Shown one piece after another: positions 25,575-38,207 of a stretch of 64,000 nucleotides of DNA (within the stretch, counting starts at the first letter, position 1; every line of letters starts with the position of its first letter). The translations under genes and the position numbers were made by a program. The notes below the pieces were generated by a model. The model ran no database searches, was not told where the DNA came from, and was given only the letters and a program-made list of their open reading frames with translations. The DNA is taken from NCBI GenBank assembly GCA_951406725.2, contig OX597814.1, positions 155,930,001-155,994,000 on the forward strand, given 5' to 3'. The stretch is from Octopus vulgaris (Eukaryota).

Positions 25575-27479
25575 GTTATAACCATCTCGTATATCATGGG
25601 ATTCGATATAGAAGAGTATTATTAGAAAACAATCTATTATTAGAAAACAATCTATAACAAGTATAGATTGTTTTCTAGTGATTAACTACCACTGTATTGT
25701 ATTGCAAAAACTCTTCGTTAAAAGTGCATGGGCAAAATACTGGAGATTGTTGTACTTCTATGACCAATGTAGGACTTTACAACTTTCATGTTGCAACTAT
25801 ATATTACATCAGTACATTGAAATACTAACTTTTTCTTTGTTTCTGATTTTCTATAAATAAGTGGCTATTTTTTTCAATGAATGTTTTTAGAAAAACATTC
25901 TAAGTTTTGTCCGGGTTTATGAATTTTTATTTATTTATTTTGTGATCACTCATTATGTAATCTGGCGTTCATTACGTTATTACAGTATAATATATATACT
26001 GTGTGTGTGTGTATGTTTATTATGGGGGCTGGATGTGATATATCAGACCTAAACCCACACAAAGAAAATTTAATTTGTATTTTTTATTGGCTTCGTTTAC
26101 AAATGTTTCGAGTTACTCGTCGTTATCTAATATTTCTTTCACATATAGCATTTCTGTATTTAGTGTTTCTTTAGTTGAATAGTGAAGTAAGCATTGATTT
26201 TGGAAGTTGCAGGTATAACTTTTGGGGTTATAAGCCTACTTATGTTAATGCTATAAATACGTACTTACACACACACACACACACACACGTACGCACACAC
26301 ACATACACGCACACGTATAAGCTTAAATGAGAAGTGCGCTAGCATATGTCAGAGGGTGTATACGTGTGTGCATGATTAATGTAACATGACAATATGTGTC
26401 TGCGTGGTGTATCTATGTTTGTGAGTGTATACAGGTATGTATGCATTGCATGTATGATATATGTCAGAAGAAGCGATATAAAAACACTGTCGACATTTAG
26501 GAGTATGTAGGTTGAGTTAGTGTGACTAACGGAAGGATCGATGTTTGTTGAAGGTTGCAGGTTAAGATGATTTTAAACGAAAAATGTGTCATTATTCTTT
26601 GTGCACCGATGGTTGATATACAGTGTAAAACGACACGGAGATTGGAGACTGTGACACGTTGAACAGAAATTCGGATGTGTTGTGTGTTGTTAAGTCAATA
26701 TTCAAGATGATATTTTGTAAATTAGTCGTCCGCGAATCTACGAAATATTATTCAAACATACAGCATAGCAGCATACATCGACCGGTTTCCCCGTGCTAGT
26801 ACGTCTACTTCCCGGTCATTTCGGCCTGCACAGCCACTCCGAGAATGCCCTTAGCCAGATTTCCCAAACAGGCGTAATGTTTACTGGGAAATTAGACTGC
26901 TTAGAGCAAACCTTCTAACCCTCTGATTTCTAGCTTGCATGCAAAAACAATGTAAGGAAAACGGATGTAGAAATTGTCAGTCATAGAGAAGTTACGCAAA
27001 TCAGAACTCAAACTGCAAAACGAGACTCAATTTACTGCAAAACATCTTCAACAAAGCTGACAGGGTCCCTGTATATAAACAATGAAAGCACTTCAATTAA
27101 GCGCAGATCTACAAACAAATTCACTGGGGACGCGATAGTGATATCAGCATGAAAAATCCTACTCTTGGGTGCACCGTCGGATATCATGATTTTGTTTTTA
27201 CCACTAGTGTATTGTTACTTCATCTGAGAGGGTCAACAGCAGTTAAAAACAATTTCCATGGGAAACTAAAGGAAAGTATAGATCTAAAAGGTATATAGAA
27301 CGAAAATTATAGAAAGATATATGAAACTATTATTTCATACTAAAATGCAATTCTGTTTACCACGATTTCCAAACTCGAGTTCGCTGCTCACTTGCCAGCT
27401 TCAAATAATAGTTAGTTACTTCAAAATATTACCTTAAACCTAGGTTGCGATGTAAGAAAAGGCTTAATCAGCAATTCCT

Positions 27480-27885
27480 TAGGGTATCCTTATATATATA
27501 CTGGTACTGCAAATGCATTTGTTGTACTAGTATTAATACCAATGACTGGAATTCTTGATTGGTATATAGAGGAAATTCCTTCTATAGATATAATATCTGC
27601 ATGATCCTGACATTAACCTCGAGCCGCCATGGATTCATTGATATTAACAGTCTCAATTTCAAGAGAAAAGGGAAAATAACAGGCGTAATTGTATGCAAAG
27701 CCCTTGAGGTTCATACAATATTACTCGGACATTACCAGCTGAACAACAGCAACATCATTTAACATATCAACTGTTCAAATGTGACCAGCATCTTCTAGCT
27801 TGACAGTGCTAATTTCCTGATGATCATCTAGGAGCATTCCATAATCGCGGGAACAGTGTGCCTGAAACAAGACTTAAAGGAGAAT
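27480..27885 (+). mobile_element. Decayed PLE 3' end (GIY-YIG remnant) followed by CTGATGA...GAAA
   Basis: IYWYCKCICC.. and VCKALEVHTILLGHYQLN resemble the GIY-YIG N- and C-terminal motifs. ctgatga at 27817 and gaaa at 27864. Confidence 0.35.
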
Positions 27886-27952
27886 CACTGTCTAGAGAAA
27901 CAGTTGTACATGAATATGTTTCTCATAACCTTGATAACGGGGATAATATTGG

Positions 27953-28156
27953 TTTCAAATTTTGGAACAAGGACAGCAATTCCAGAGTAGAGGCTATGTC
28001 GATTTTATCGACACCAGTAATCAACTGGTACTGATTTTATCGACCTCGAAAGGGAAAGTCGACCTCATTGGAATTTTAACTCAAAACTTAAGACGGACGA
28101 AATGCTGCTAAATATTTTGACCAGCGTACTGACAATTCACTCAGCTAGATGCCTTA
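27953..28156 (-). mobile_element. SINE family 1 copy
   Basis: Reverse complement of the family 1 head and core. Confidence 0.75.
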
Positions 28157-28186
28157 AGGCCGATGATTATATTAATATGAAATTTA

Positions 28187-28404
28187 AGGTGGTAAGCTGG
28201 CAGAATTGTTAGCACGTCAGCCACCATTCTTAGCATTTCGTTGGTTTTACGTTTCGAGTTAAAATTACAGTGACGGTTGAGACGATGCCGTTTATTTTTT
28301 CGGAGTCGATAAAACGGATACCAGTTGAGCACTGAATTCGATTTAATCGACTATCTCCATCCTGGAAAATTTCAGGCCTCGTGCCTAGAGTAGAAAAGAA
28401 TATT
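28187..28404 (+). mobile_element. SINE family 1 copy, head-to-head with the previous copy
   Basis: ggtggtaagctggcagaattgttagcacg...gtcgataaaacggataccagttg...aatttcaggcctcgtgcctagagtagaaaag. Confidence 0.75.
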
Positions 28405-28769
28405 GATATGAAGTGTAACATTAACATGGAAATAACTTCTGGGGTGAGTGCGCTAATTTATGTCACTATTAAAAAGCGATGTTATTGCAATCCAAGAAAA
28501 GCAAATAAATACAAAATAAGTAATGAACCAAAGAGATAGTGAGCATTTAAAACACCATGACGCTAATGAAAATGACGATTACATCAAACAAGACTGGAAA
28601 AACTTCACGCATGAACTGAGCAGCTTCACCAAACATATCATCTGCGTAATATCTCCCAATGTGACATAATGTTGTTACTAACAAAAAGTATAAATTTGTC
28701 AGTAAGAAGAGTAAATACAGGCAAAGTCGTAGTGCAAACATAGCAGGCCTTAAACAGTTATTAGAGAGA

Positions 28770-29120
28770 GAGACGTGGCTGTTTTGGAAGAAGCTTGCTT
28801 CTCAAGCACATTTCGAGGTTGAGTTCCACAGCGTATCGCTTTGACCAAGTGGCCTCTACTCTTGCCTCAGGCTGACCAAATCTTTGTGAGTGGATTTCTT
28901 AGATGAAAACTGAAAGAAGTCCGTCATATGTGTATGTTTGTGTGTGTCTTTGTATCTCTGTTTATCCTCCGCTACTGCTTGCTGTGTTTATGTCCCTCTA
29001 ACATGGCTGTTGGTCAAAATAGACCTCTAGAAAATGTACCTAGTTTAAGAAATTATCAGTGATTCGTTCCACAAAAACTTTTCGGATGACCGCAATCTAA
29101 TGACAGAAACAATTAAAAGG
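28770..29120 (+). mobile_element. CORE-type SINE family 3, decayed
   Basis: gtggctg..agaagcttgcttc..tttgaccaagtggcctctact..gaccaaatctttgtgagtggattt..aaactgaaagaag. Homologous to 30688, 48308 and 59585. Confidence 0.65.
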
Positions 29121-29660
29121 GAGAGAGAGAGAGAGAGAGAGAGATACACACAGACACACATATGTACTTGCAAATACACATATGTACAAATACACTCTTA
29201 GACATATGCTTGCAAATAACTATACATTCACACACACACGAAAGTGTGTGCCCATTCTCGACTCATTTTATATTCGTGTGTTTAATAATCTCGAACTTAA
29301 AACAAACGAAATATCGAATGCAAAATTATCAATGAATGCATAAGTGAAAAAGGGTAAAAATGGCTGGATTAGAGTAAAAGCATGAATGTATGAATGAATG
29401 TTTGAAAGTTTTTCGGATGTACAAACAATCGAGCAAATGTATGCCACAAAACAGCGAAAGCTATATGTCATTGGACAAACGAGTGAATGTATAAATAAGA
29501 AGAATGACAAATTGACAGTTGCGCTAGTGAACTGAATGAGTAAATGAACGGTTGCTTGAATGAATAGCATAACACAGTATGTACAAAAAGAATGTAGTTA
29601 ACCATCTGCTATAAAACCACAGGTTTACTATTAATGTGTGTAATATATGCATACGTGAGT

Positions 29661-30043
29661 GGAGGCGCAATGGCCCAGTGGTTATGGCAGCGGACTCGCG
29701 GTCATAGGATCGCGGTTTCGATTCCCAGACCGGGCGTTGTGAGTGTTTATTGAGCGAAAACACCTAAAGCTCCACGAGGCTCCGGCAGGGGATGGTGGTG
29801 ATCCCTGCTGTACTCTTTCACCACAACTTTCTCTCATTCTTTCTTCCTGTTTCTGTTGTACCTGTATTTCAAAGGGCCGGCCTTGTCACTCTCTGTGTCA
29901 CGCTGAATATCCCCGAGAACTACGTTGAGGGTACACGTGTCTGTGGAGTGCTCAGCCACTTACACGTTAATTTCACGAGCAGGCTGTTCCGTTGGTCGGA
30001 TCAACCGGAACCCACATCGTCGTAACCGACGGAGTGCTTCCAT
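29661..30043 (+). mobile_element. tRNA-derived SINE family 2, apparently full length
   Basis: A box tggcccagtgg, B box ggtttcgattccc, GC-rich body. A second head lies at 52153. Confidence 0.85.
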
Positions 30044-30687
30044 CCATATGCATAGGTGTGGACTTACAGATATTCAGCTTGTTGAACTTTGGTTAACTAT
30101 TAATCATGGTTATTTGCTTATATTGTACACATACATTGAAACATGATCGTTATTGCACGCGCACACATAAACACTTAACACACATTTAAGCATGCACACA
30201 CATAGACTTACCTACACATATACAGATTTTTTAGATATCTTTCAAAACATGTGATGTATGTTTTTGTTCTTTTTAAAAATAATTGGCTCGTTTCCTTGCG
30301 TGCATTTGTTTATTAGTATGCTTCGTGTGTAAGATTTTAGGAGTGTAATCTTATGTGTAAGCATACGCTTTTGAAATTGACCATTCTTAGGTTATAGATG
30401 TCTAAAATTAAAATATCTGTTTATATTTGCGTCGCTATTAATGACTACCTTGTATATTGCACAAATGTAATTCTTCTGCTAAATAAGTTGCATTTCCTGT
30501 TCGAGGCCCCGATGAAGCTATAGGATGTTATTCAGGCAATCAACTATGGGTGCACTAATGAATTTCATAACATAACCACCATTATTCCTGTGTCATCTCC
30601 TTTTATTACCGCTCTATGCTTGTCTAACACTTTGTACTGAAACATACGCATATTGATTTCTATAGTAAGTTATTAGTCTCGAATGCC

Positions 30688-30850
30688 TCAGTGTGGCTGA
30701 CTGATAAGAAGCTGGCTTCCCTACCACATGGGTCAGGGTTCTCTCCCACTGCATGCCACCTTGGGCAAGTGCCTTCTACACTATAGCCTGTGGATGACCA
30801 AGGCTTTCTGGATAGAATTGGTAGACGAAAGTTGAAAGAAGCCCGCTGTA
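30688..30850 (+). mobile_element. CORE-type SINE family 3 (5' half)
   Basis: Contains the CORE-like ccttgggcaagtgccttct after a tRNA-like head. Confidence 0.75.
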
Positions 30851-31439
30851 TATATATATATATATATATATCCCTAATTCGAATAAAGTACTTTCTAATT
30901 TACATTTACCGAACTTACTACTTCTTTATATTTTATTCACATCATTATCATTACACCTAAATCCCTTGCATGATCATACCCGTACTTTCTAGCAAAATTA
31001 GGACCTTAACAATCACATAAGCGAAGACAAATATCTTTAAAATTACTTCTTTAGACATGCATTTATTATAATTAGCTATCTCATTATTTGCTGGAGTTGA
31101 TCTATGTATATAACTAATATAACACAGGTCTGCGAAATGCAACAATTTGAAAATCGTTTTGCCATTTGTATATTTATAGACATTTGTGGAGTTAATTCGG
31201 AATATCAAAATAGCTCTTTCCCATTACCTCAAAATTTAATAAAATATACCATAATTTGTAGGTAAATTCACATATTTTAGGACAAAATAAAACTAATAAA
31301 AGTTATTTTGTTTCTTTATTTAAACAAAATTATATGGGGGAAATGCTATTAAAAGGCGAGAATGATTTTTACAAGGGTTACCTTCATTTTTGAGGTTCAG
31401 CACCTCAAAATCCCTTCTTTTTCACTTGGTAACTATGCC

Positions 31440-32800
31440 TAGAACACTTTCACTTGTGAGCATTTGATGGACATTCACGAGGCAACATACAGCAGGAGTA
31501 GTTGGCCATCATATTCACATTCCATATTCCCCGAAAAATTTGTTTCTGTTTCTCTCCAGCATCTCCCAGATTTTCCTGAACGTAACTCATGTGAGCATGA
31601 AGGAAATTAACTTCAATGTTCATTTTACATCTTAAGGTTTCAAATTTTATGGAATTATTACCATATTGTCTCTGTAGTTTGAAGCCTAGTAGTTAACCAA
31701 GAATTTTTTATTTTTCCACTTTTTAAAAATTATTCCATGAATTTTTTTTAAAAATCGTTGAGAGAGTTTTCAAACTTTTCATCCTTGACGAGTTTCCTTA
31801 TATTTGACGTTAAAAATATACCCTCTTTAACCATGGCGTCTAATAGAGCAGAAAACTTGGTACGCAAATATTTGAAACGGTCTCCATCATGTTGCAAATG
31901 TTTTACAAATTGTTTTATTTAGGCCAAGTTTTATATGTACAGGAGGGCAAAAAAAACCTTATCGGATGAACCAAACTTTTGTTCCTTACTCGGATATTCT
32001 TTTTATAGGCTAATAGACGTCTCATTGAAAAAAAAACATGGTAACTTTGCGTAGCTGTCTGTTGCCTAAGCAACATGCAAATTATTTTTAAGTCGCTGTC
32101 AAATATCCAACTGTGACCTTTGAATTTAATCTTGTGCGAGAATGACAACAAATGTTCATGCTTCCTTCGTGATCAATGAGTTTTCAAGAGGGATAGAAGC
32201 ACATTTATTACATTATACAGTAGAATAGTTTTAAGATGTTTCTTTGAAAAATCAGTAAAATGTCTCCATTCGTCAGGGTTGTAATTTTAATTTCTTTGCA
32301 TGCTCTAAGCCGTTCACAAGATCTTTTGTATCAGACTGGTTGAAAAATTGAGATCCTTCACTTTCATTGTTATTGAAGACTTCATCGTCATTGCTATTTT
32401 TGCCTTCTGATTCAGGACTCATGTGTATGTCTTCAATGTTTCCTGATGGTAATGGGACTGGAACGTCTGGACCACGGGCAACAAGTCGCAATGCAGGTGG
32501 GAGATTTGGTTAAACAATATTTTCCCATTCTTCGAATTGTGTCCCTGCACATTACATGAGCAAAATTAGCAGTCATAACTGTGACTTTTAGGCTATCTCC
32601 ATATCATTGGAACCTCAAAACGAAACGACGTCTTTGTACATATTTTCCGTTGTCTTAGTTCTTCAATACAAATTGAGCAGGCCTTATGAGTAGCTTATTT
32701 CTTAATTTCACTTCAAAGTAGGTATAGTAAGATTTTTGGACAAATTTGTTAATGTTGATAGGACGTATTTTAATCATAAACGCGCCATAAATATAACAAA
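31440..32800 (-). mobile_element. Chapaev3-like DNA transposase relic
   Basis: Manual translation gives VPMIWR*PKSHSYDC*FC, DLKIICMLLRQQ, LPPVHIKLGL..KQFVK, NFLHAHMSYVQENLG and GIWNVNMMANY, in the expected order. Confidence 0.7.
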
Positions 32801-35651
32801 AGTTACTCAGGCTTGCATCAAATGATATAGAGGCGTGTACCTTGCATCAAACGATGTAGAGGTGTGTACAGAAAGAGGAGGGGACATATTGAACGGCATA
32901 TATTTAATTTGGCATCTAAATATATACATAATATCATTAAAGGAGCATTGAAGTGTTACATGATTCAATAAAACAATGTTTGTAGCATATATAGATTCAA
33001 AAAAAAACAAGACGAAATAGATGAAATAAAAAAAAAGAAACGTTTTAATGTAAGCATCGCGACCCCGTAAAGCGAGTCTTTCGCCCTGAATTGCATATGG
33101 CTGATTGAAGCTACAGTAATGCAGGCACCTCTCTGTGTAGTTGAAGTGGCTTAAACGTTGCCAGATGTGATACTTATTTTCCAAATCACGCCCATTAGTG
33201 ACACTGTCAATCTATATGAATATGGCAATTAATAGTAAATAAGACAATAGTCAAATTAGGACATAAAGGGTAAAATGTAATGATTGATCGTATGAAGAAA
33301 CTGAATGCAATAAGATAATACATTTGTGATCTTTAAAATCAGTTGATCATCTTCACCGAACTTGTGAAACAAGTTTTTTGAAAATTGTAATTTCTTTTCT
33401 TGAAATTTACTCAATAAAAAATAGGGCGTATTCCTATTCAAAGGAAAAATAAAGCAGTTATAATTTTCTCCTGAGAACTTTGCATTCTTAAACAAGCAAT
33501 TAGAATATCTATTTTTTATACACAAACTTACATCTGTGTTAATTTTACTGTACATGTTCCTTAAGTATTTAAGCGCGTCCGAAACGACTACCATCCAAAC
33601 AAAGCATACTCTTTTATAGAAGGTTGTGACTCCAATGAGATTTAGCTGCTAGCTTCAGTAAATTGGCTACACAAAGAATAGTTCAAAGACTCGATACGAC
33701 GCATTTTTATAAATATCGGAATAGATTTTAATTCATAACTCCGTCACAATTACCAATTTGTGTAGAAAAAGCCACCGAGACAGCAAGGGACTTACAGCGA
33801 AATCAATTAATCTTCATGATTAGTAGCTATTTCTCCCTCAAACTATCCCCCAAGAACATAAAAAATACATTCGACAATGTAACCCCGTAGTCCGAGATGC
33901 GCTATTGTTGAGAAATAGATGGCTTCTTAATGACAGAACAATTTAATCAGAGTTCACTCTGGAAACAAATTGGCTGTTGCAGCAACAACAACATATTCTA
34001 TGAAGTTGATACCATCTAATCTCAAGTTATACGTAAAACACCAGTTACAATACTAAACCGTGTGTGCTTGTATTTTCCAGTGATTTTGTTGTTTACAGCG
34101 GTGAGCTATATCGGTTATGTGATTTATTCAGAGCAACTAGATGAATTGGACCATATTTATCTCAAATGACTCCGACATCGGCATCCCTGAGGTATAAGTG
34201 GCTAGATACGGACATTTCACAGAGATGGTGACAGATAACGAACTGGCAACGTTTAACTCGCCGTCAGTAATAAACGACCATAGATTACAGGCATACATAC
34301 ATAAACATCGAGATTTACACTCATGTAAACATATATATATATAAATATATGTGTGTGTGTGTGTGTGTGTGTATAAATATAGTTATATTCATATATATAT
34401 ATATATATATACGTATGTGAACACACATAAATACACATACGTGTGCGTATATGTGATAGTCCGAGCCTTTATATTTTTGTTTTCATTATTTATCCGTTAT
34501 CAAGAGATCGTTTAACACTATTCTTTTTAAATGCGTGCCATTGTCATCAAAAATGCGTGTTCCACGCTCCCGTTTTCTCGCTCATTGATGGCATTCGTGA
34601 TAACAAACGCAGTTCGTTTATTTATCATTGCATTACTAATTTAAATCTAAAGTAAATAGAGCAAATTCTCTATCACATATGAAATTAATTTGTTTAAATA
34701 ACATGCTTAATATTTCTAAAACAGTCCTAACTAACTGCTTACTCACTTAGCTACAAAGAAAAGTCGAGTTGGTTGGTTCTTACATAAACAAATATTCTTA
34801 TGCATTCGTGTTCCTGATAATTCTGCTCTTTAGTAAAAAAATCTCTGCTTTCGTGAAGTTTTCTTATAAGTTTCTGTATGGTTGTACCTCGTCGAGAATC
34901 GGCTGCGTAATTTTCAATCAATGAAGACTTGCTTCATGTATGAATCATGCCAAATATCATAAGTTCACTAATACTTTTCAAACCAAATTTAAATGTGACA
35001 TGAATAATTTTATGAGTCCCGAAAAACTTCAATTTTCTGATAAATCTAATAAAACAACAAAATTATCTGTCACTATTTTTTATACAAATATTTTCCAAAC
35101 ATAAATGACAAACATAAATATTTAAAATAGTGTAAATTTTTAGTATAAAAATATGATTCAGAAAGTTGCAGTCCATCTGAACTCGAAGCTTATCTTGCGC
35201 TTAATAACCATAAGGGACATTTTGCCTCAAATCCTGAGTGTAAATAAGTTGTGTACAAAATGGAGACAGGGTTAATAACGAAGAATATTTTACATAAAAT
35301 TAATTATAATGTTAGGAAAACAACGAGCCTCTAGGAATGGAATAACAGCAAAACAATGATTAATTCATACGATAGTATTAATATTCAATGCGGGTCTAGG
35401 ATCATCCGAATTAACATTACTGAAACTTATTCTTGTAGGAATTTATTTCACTCATTACTGCCCGATATTTTGCTAGAGTACATAATAACATAGAAGGTAG
35501 TCACATAGTTTTCAATTTTCACCTAGGGAAGTTTCTGTCTGGTTTCGGTCCTGTGTTAACATAACAAATCCCACGAGTTTCTTCTTTGTCATTACGGAGC
35601 CGTTCGATTATAGAGAGATATATGATCTCATCGAACAATATATATATAAGG

Positions 35652-36308
35652 ATTAATAAATCTCTGAACGAGATATAAACAGTAACCGCTCGACAACGTA
35701 AAGTGTACTAGCCATCTGAATGTGGCTAGCCACTGGGGGTGGGGTGTTACTGATGCTTTTAGCCCCAGGAGATCAACGTCACCAGCTGGCCTTAGACACA
35801 AAATTTCAGTGCCCTTGTGTTATTTGCAAAGGGAGGTCATCCTCCCTCGAAAACCTAAGTGATACATACGGACTATAGTTTCAAGGTAATTGTCTCTCGT
35901 CAACGCATGGTAAACACCGATTTTCGATGAAGGAGACCCTCTGCAAATAATACTATTTAACGTTTTTCACAGCAAGCACTGTCACTGATTTAGAAAAACT
36001 GTCTGAAAGCATTAATAAATCTCTGAACGAGATATAAACAGTAACCGCTCGACAACGTAAAGTGTACTAGCCATCTGAATGTGGCTAGCCACTGGGGGTG
36101 GGGTGTTACTGATGCTTTTAGCCCCAGGAGATCAACGTCACCAGCTGGCTTTTCGAGGGAGGATGACCTCCCTTTGCAAATAACACAAGGGCACTGAAAT
36201 TTTGTGTCTAAGGCCATCTGGTGACGTCGATCTCCTGGGGCTAAAAGCATCAGTAACACCCCACCCCCAGTGGCTAGCCACATTCAGATGGCTAGTACAC
36301 TTTACGTT
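35652..36308 (-). mobile_element. Retrozyme-like 359-bp tandem unit (1.4 copies) plus a 159-bp inverted copy, flanked by (TA)n
   Basis: 35652-35790 repeats at 36011-36149 (period 359). 36150-36308 is the reverse complement of 35695-35853. Confidence 0.85.
35865..35909 (-). ncRNA. Type I hammerhead ribozyme motif
   Basis: Minus strand CAUGCG-UUGACGA-GAGacaauuacCUU-GAAA-CUAUAG-UC-CGUAUG: 6-bp stem I, palindromic stem III, GUC cleavage triplet. Confidence 0.8.
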
Positions 36309-36324
36309 AATATATATATATATT

Positions 36325-36607
36325 GATAGAAATGATAAGACAACAAAAGAATGAAAGAGACCTTGATATTATGTAATAAGAGGAATTTATTTGTAAATGT
36401 AATATGTGACAATTATTCGGCAGCCATGATAAAACTCCGAGTTTCGGATGTCGGGGTGGAAATCCACGCCGCCATCTCTTCGGTTATCCGGCCATGGGAA
36501 AAATGCATTTCTTTCCGATGGCCGGATAACCGAAGAGATAGCGGCGTGGATTTCCACCCCGACATCCGAAACTCGGAGTTTTATCATGGCTACCGAATAA
36601 TTGTCAC

Positions 36608-36611
<4 letters not shown>
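36325..36611. mobile_element. Foldback element (arms 36402-36505 / 36506-36611) between (TA)n tracts
   Basis: Near-perfect ~210-bp palindrome centred on atgcat. The minus arm continues to AATAAA and then (TA)n. Confidence 0.88.
36525..36585 (+). ncRNA. Type I hammerhead motif, CCGAAGA core (mirrored in the left arm)
   Basis: GAUAA-CCGAAGA-GAU(A/G)gCGGcGUGGauuuCCACcCCGaCAUC-c-GAAA-CUCgGAG-UU-UUAUC. Confidence 0.7.
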
Positions 36612-36657
<46 letters not shown>

Positions 36658-37062
36658 GCCGTACTAAATTAGAAATAAATTTCATACACGCAAATGGTTT
36701 TATCTTTGATAACTCACTATCTTCATTAACGAGAAGACTTTATTCACACCCATAAATATTTTTGTTTAAAAATAATTTAAAAATCAGAAATGCTTCAAAT
36801 GTCACTAAATTTAATCATACATAAATACGAATTTTAACTTAACTAAATGAAAAATTGACATGCATTAGTAATAAATCCTACCTGTAGTCTTAGTTTTCAA
36901 ATACTCATCATTAACAATATTAGGAGGATCCCCAGCTACTCATCAAATAAAAAAAAGTTGATAAAGAGATTCCTTTATACAATGCTTACAAGCTACATAC
37001 ATAAGACTCAACTCTACAAACTTTGCGAAATGTTATTTTTTGCAAACAAAATATTTAAAAAT

Positions 37063-37247
37063 TCCCTTTGCAAGGCGATACGAATTTGAATTTTATCATA
37101 CGGAATATGAGTGTTATTTGGTATAAAGAGGTACCCTATCATAGAAATTAGAGGAAATAAAGTAGACAATAGTGGAGTAGAATTTATGGATGATAGTGTT
37201 TTCAGGTAAATGGACAGAAATCGATAAAGTAACTTGGTATTTTACAA
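37063..37247 (+). repeat. 185-bp inverted duplicate of 39998-40182
   Basis: Reverse-complement match, with one mismatch seen by eye. Confidence 0.9.
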
Positions 37248-37446
37248 ATATTTTTCAAATCTACATCATATCCGTAACTGTGAACTATTGCCCATGAACT
37301 GATATGAGTATAAATCTCCCAAGGGGCTTCGTCAAGTATATCGTAATTTTCTCACACCTCCTCCACATAGCATTTTTTTATCATTGTTTGATCGTTCCTA
37401 TAAAAGCTTAGTAAAATTGTATTGTATTATTGCAATATTATTTCTC

Positions 37447-37519
<73 letters not shown>

Positions 37520-37802
37520 TGTATTTGTCATGACTTGTATTGGTATTTTGTACTGTATTCCACTTTCACTCACAACTCCACTTCTACCAAAAATAATATA
37601 TCTCCTGACCTACATCAACCAATCATAGCCTTCATTTATCACAGTTTCATAATATTATGTTCCACCATATCACCTCAATCCTCTTCGATTTCAATTTCAT
37701 CCATAACCTTTCATTATTTCATTTCAGCAAATTGTATTTGCTTGAAAATCTATATATAAATATCCTGCAGAGTGAGTTGTTCGTCGAGGAAGCGGTGCCT
37801 AC

Positions 37803-37847
37803 CATACGTTGATAATAGGCAAACACCTTGAAACCTAGGTCCGTGTG
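37803..37847 (+). ncRNA. Type I hammerhead ribozyme motif, U3-A8 core (copy 1)
   Basis: CAUACG-UUGAUAA-uAGGcaaacaCCUu-GAAA-CCUAGG-UC-CGUGUG. Stem I extends through gaagcgg/ccgcuuc and uauccugca/ugcaggaua. Predicted cleavage after 37841. Confidence 0.82.
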
Positions 37848-38162
37848 TGGTTTCCGCTTCATCGGGGAATTATCTCCCTTTGCAGGATAGAGGACGCCGT
37901 GATGGTGTCAAGCCTATCTGGCGACGTTGATGTTCGCCTGGGGCTAAATGCAACAGTAACACCCCCACCACCCTGCCCTATCCCTAGCCATATTCAGATG
38001 GCTTTAGTCCCTTATGTTATGGAGCAGTTACTGTCTATATCTCATTTAGAGAATTATTATTGCTGTCGAACAGATTTTCGAAATCAGCAAATTGTATTTG
38101 CTTGAAAATCTATATATAAATATCCTGCAGAGTGAGTTGTTCGTCGAGGAAGCGGTGCCTAC

Positions 38163-38207
38163 CATACGTTGATAATAGGCAAACACCTTGAAACCTAGGT
38201 CCGTGTG
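38163..38207 (+). ncRNA. Type I hammerhead ribozyme motif (copy 2, identical)
   Basis: Same sequence 360 nt downstream. Predicted cleavage after 38201. Confidence 0.82.

Noticed and set aside
29661-29735. tRNA gene
   Set aside because: A and B boxes are present, but the sequence continues into a SINE body and does not form a clean cloverleaf. It is a SINE head.
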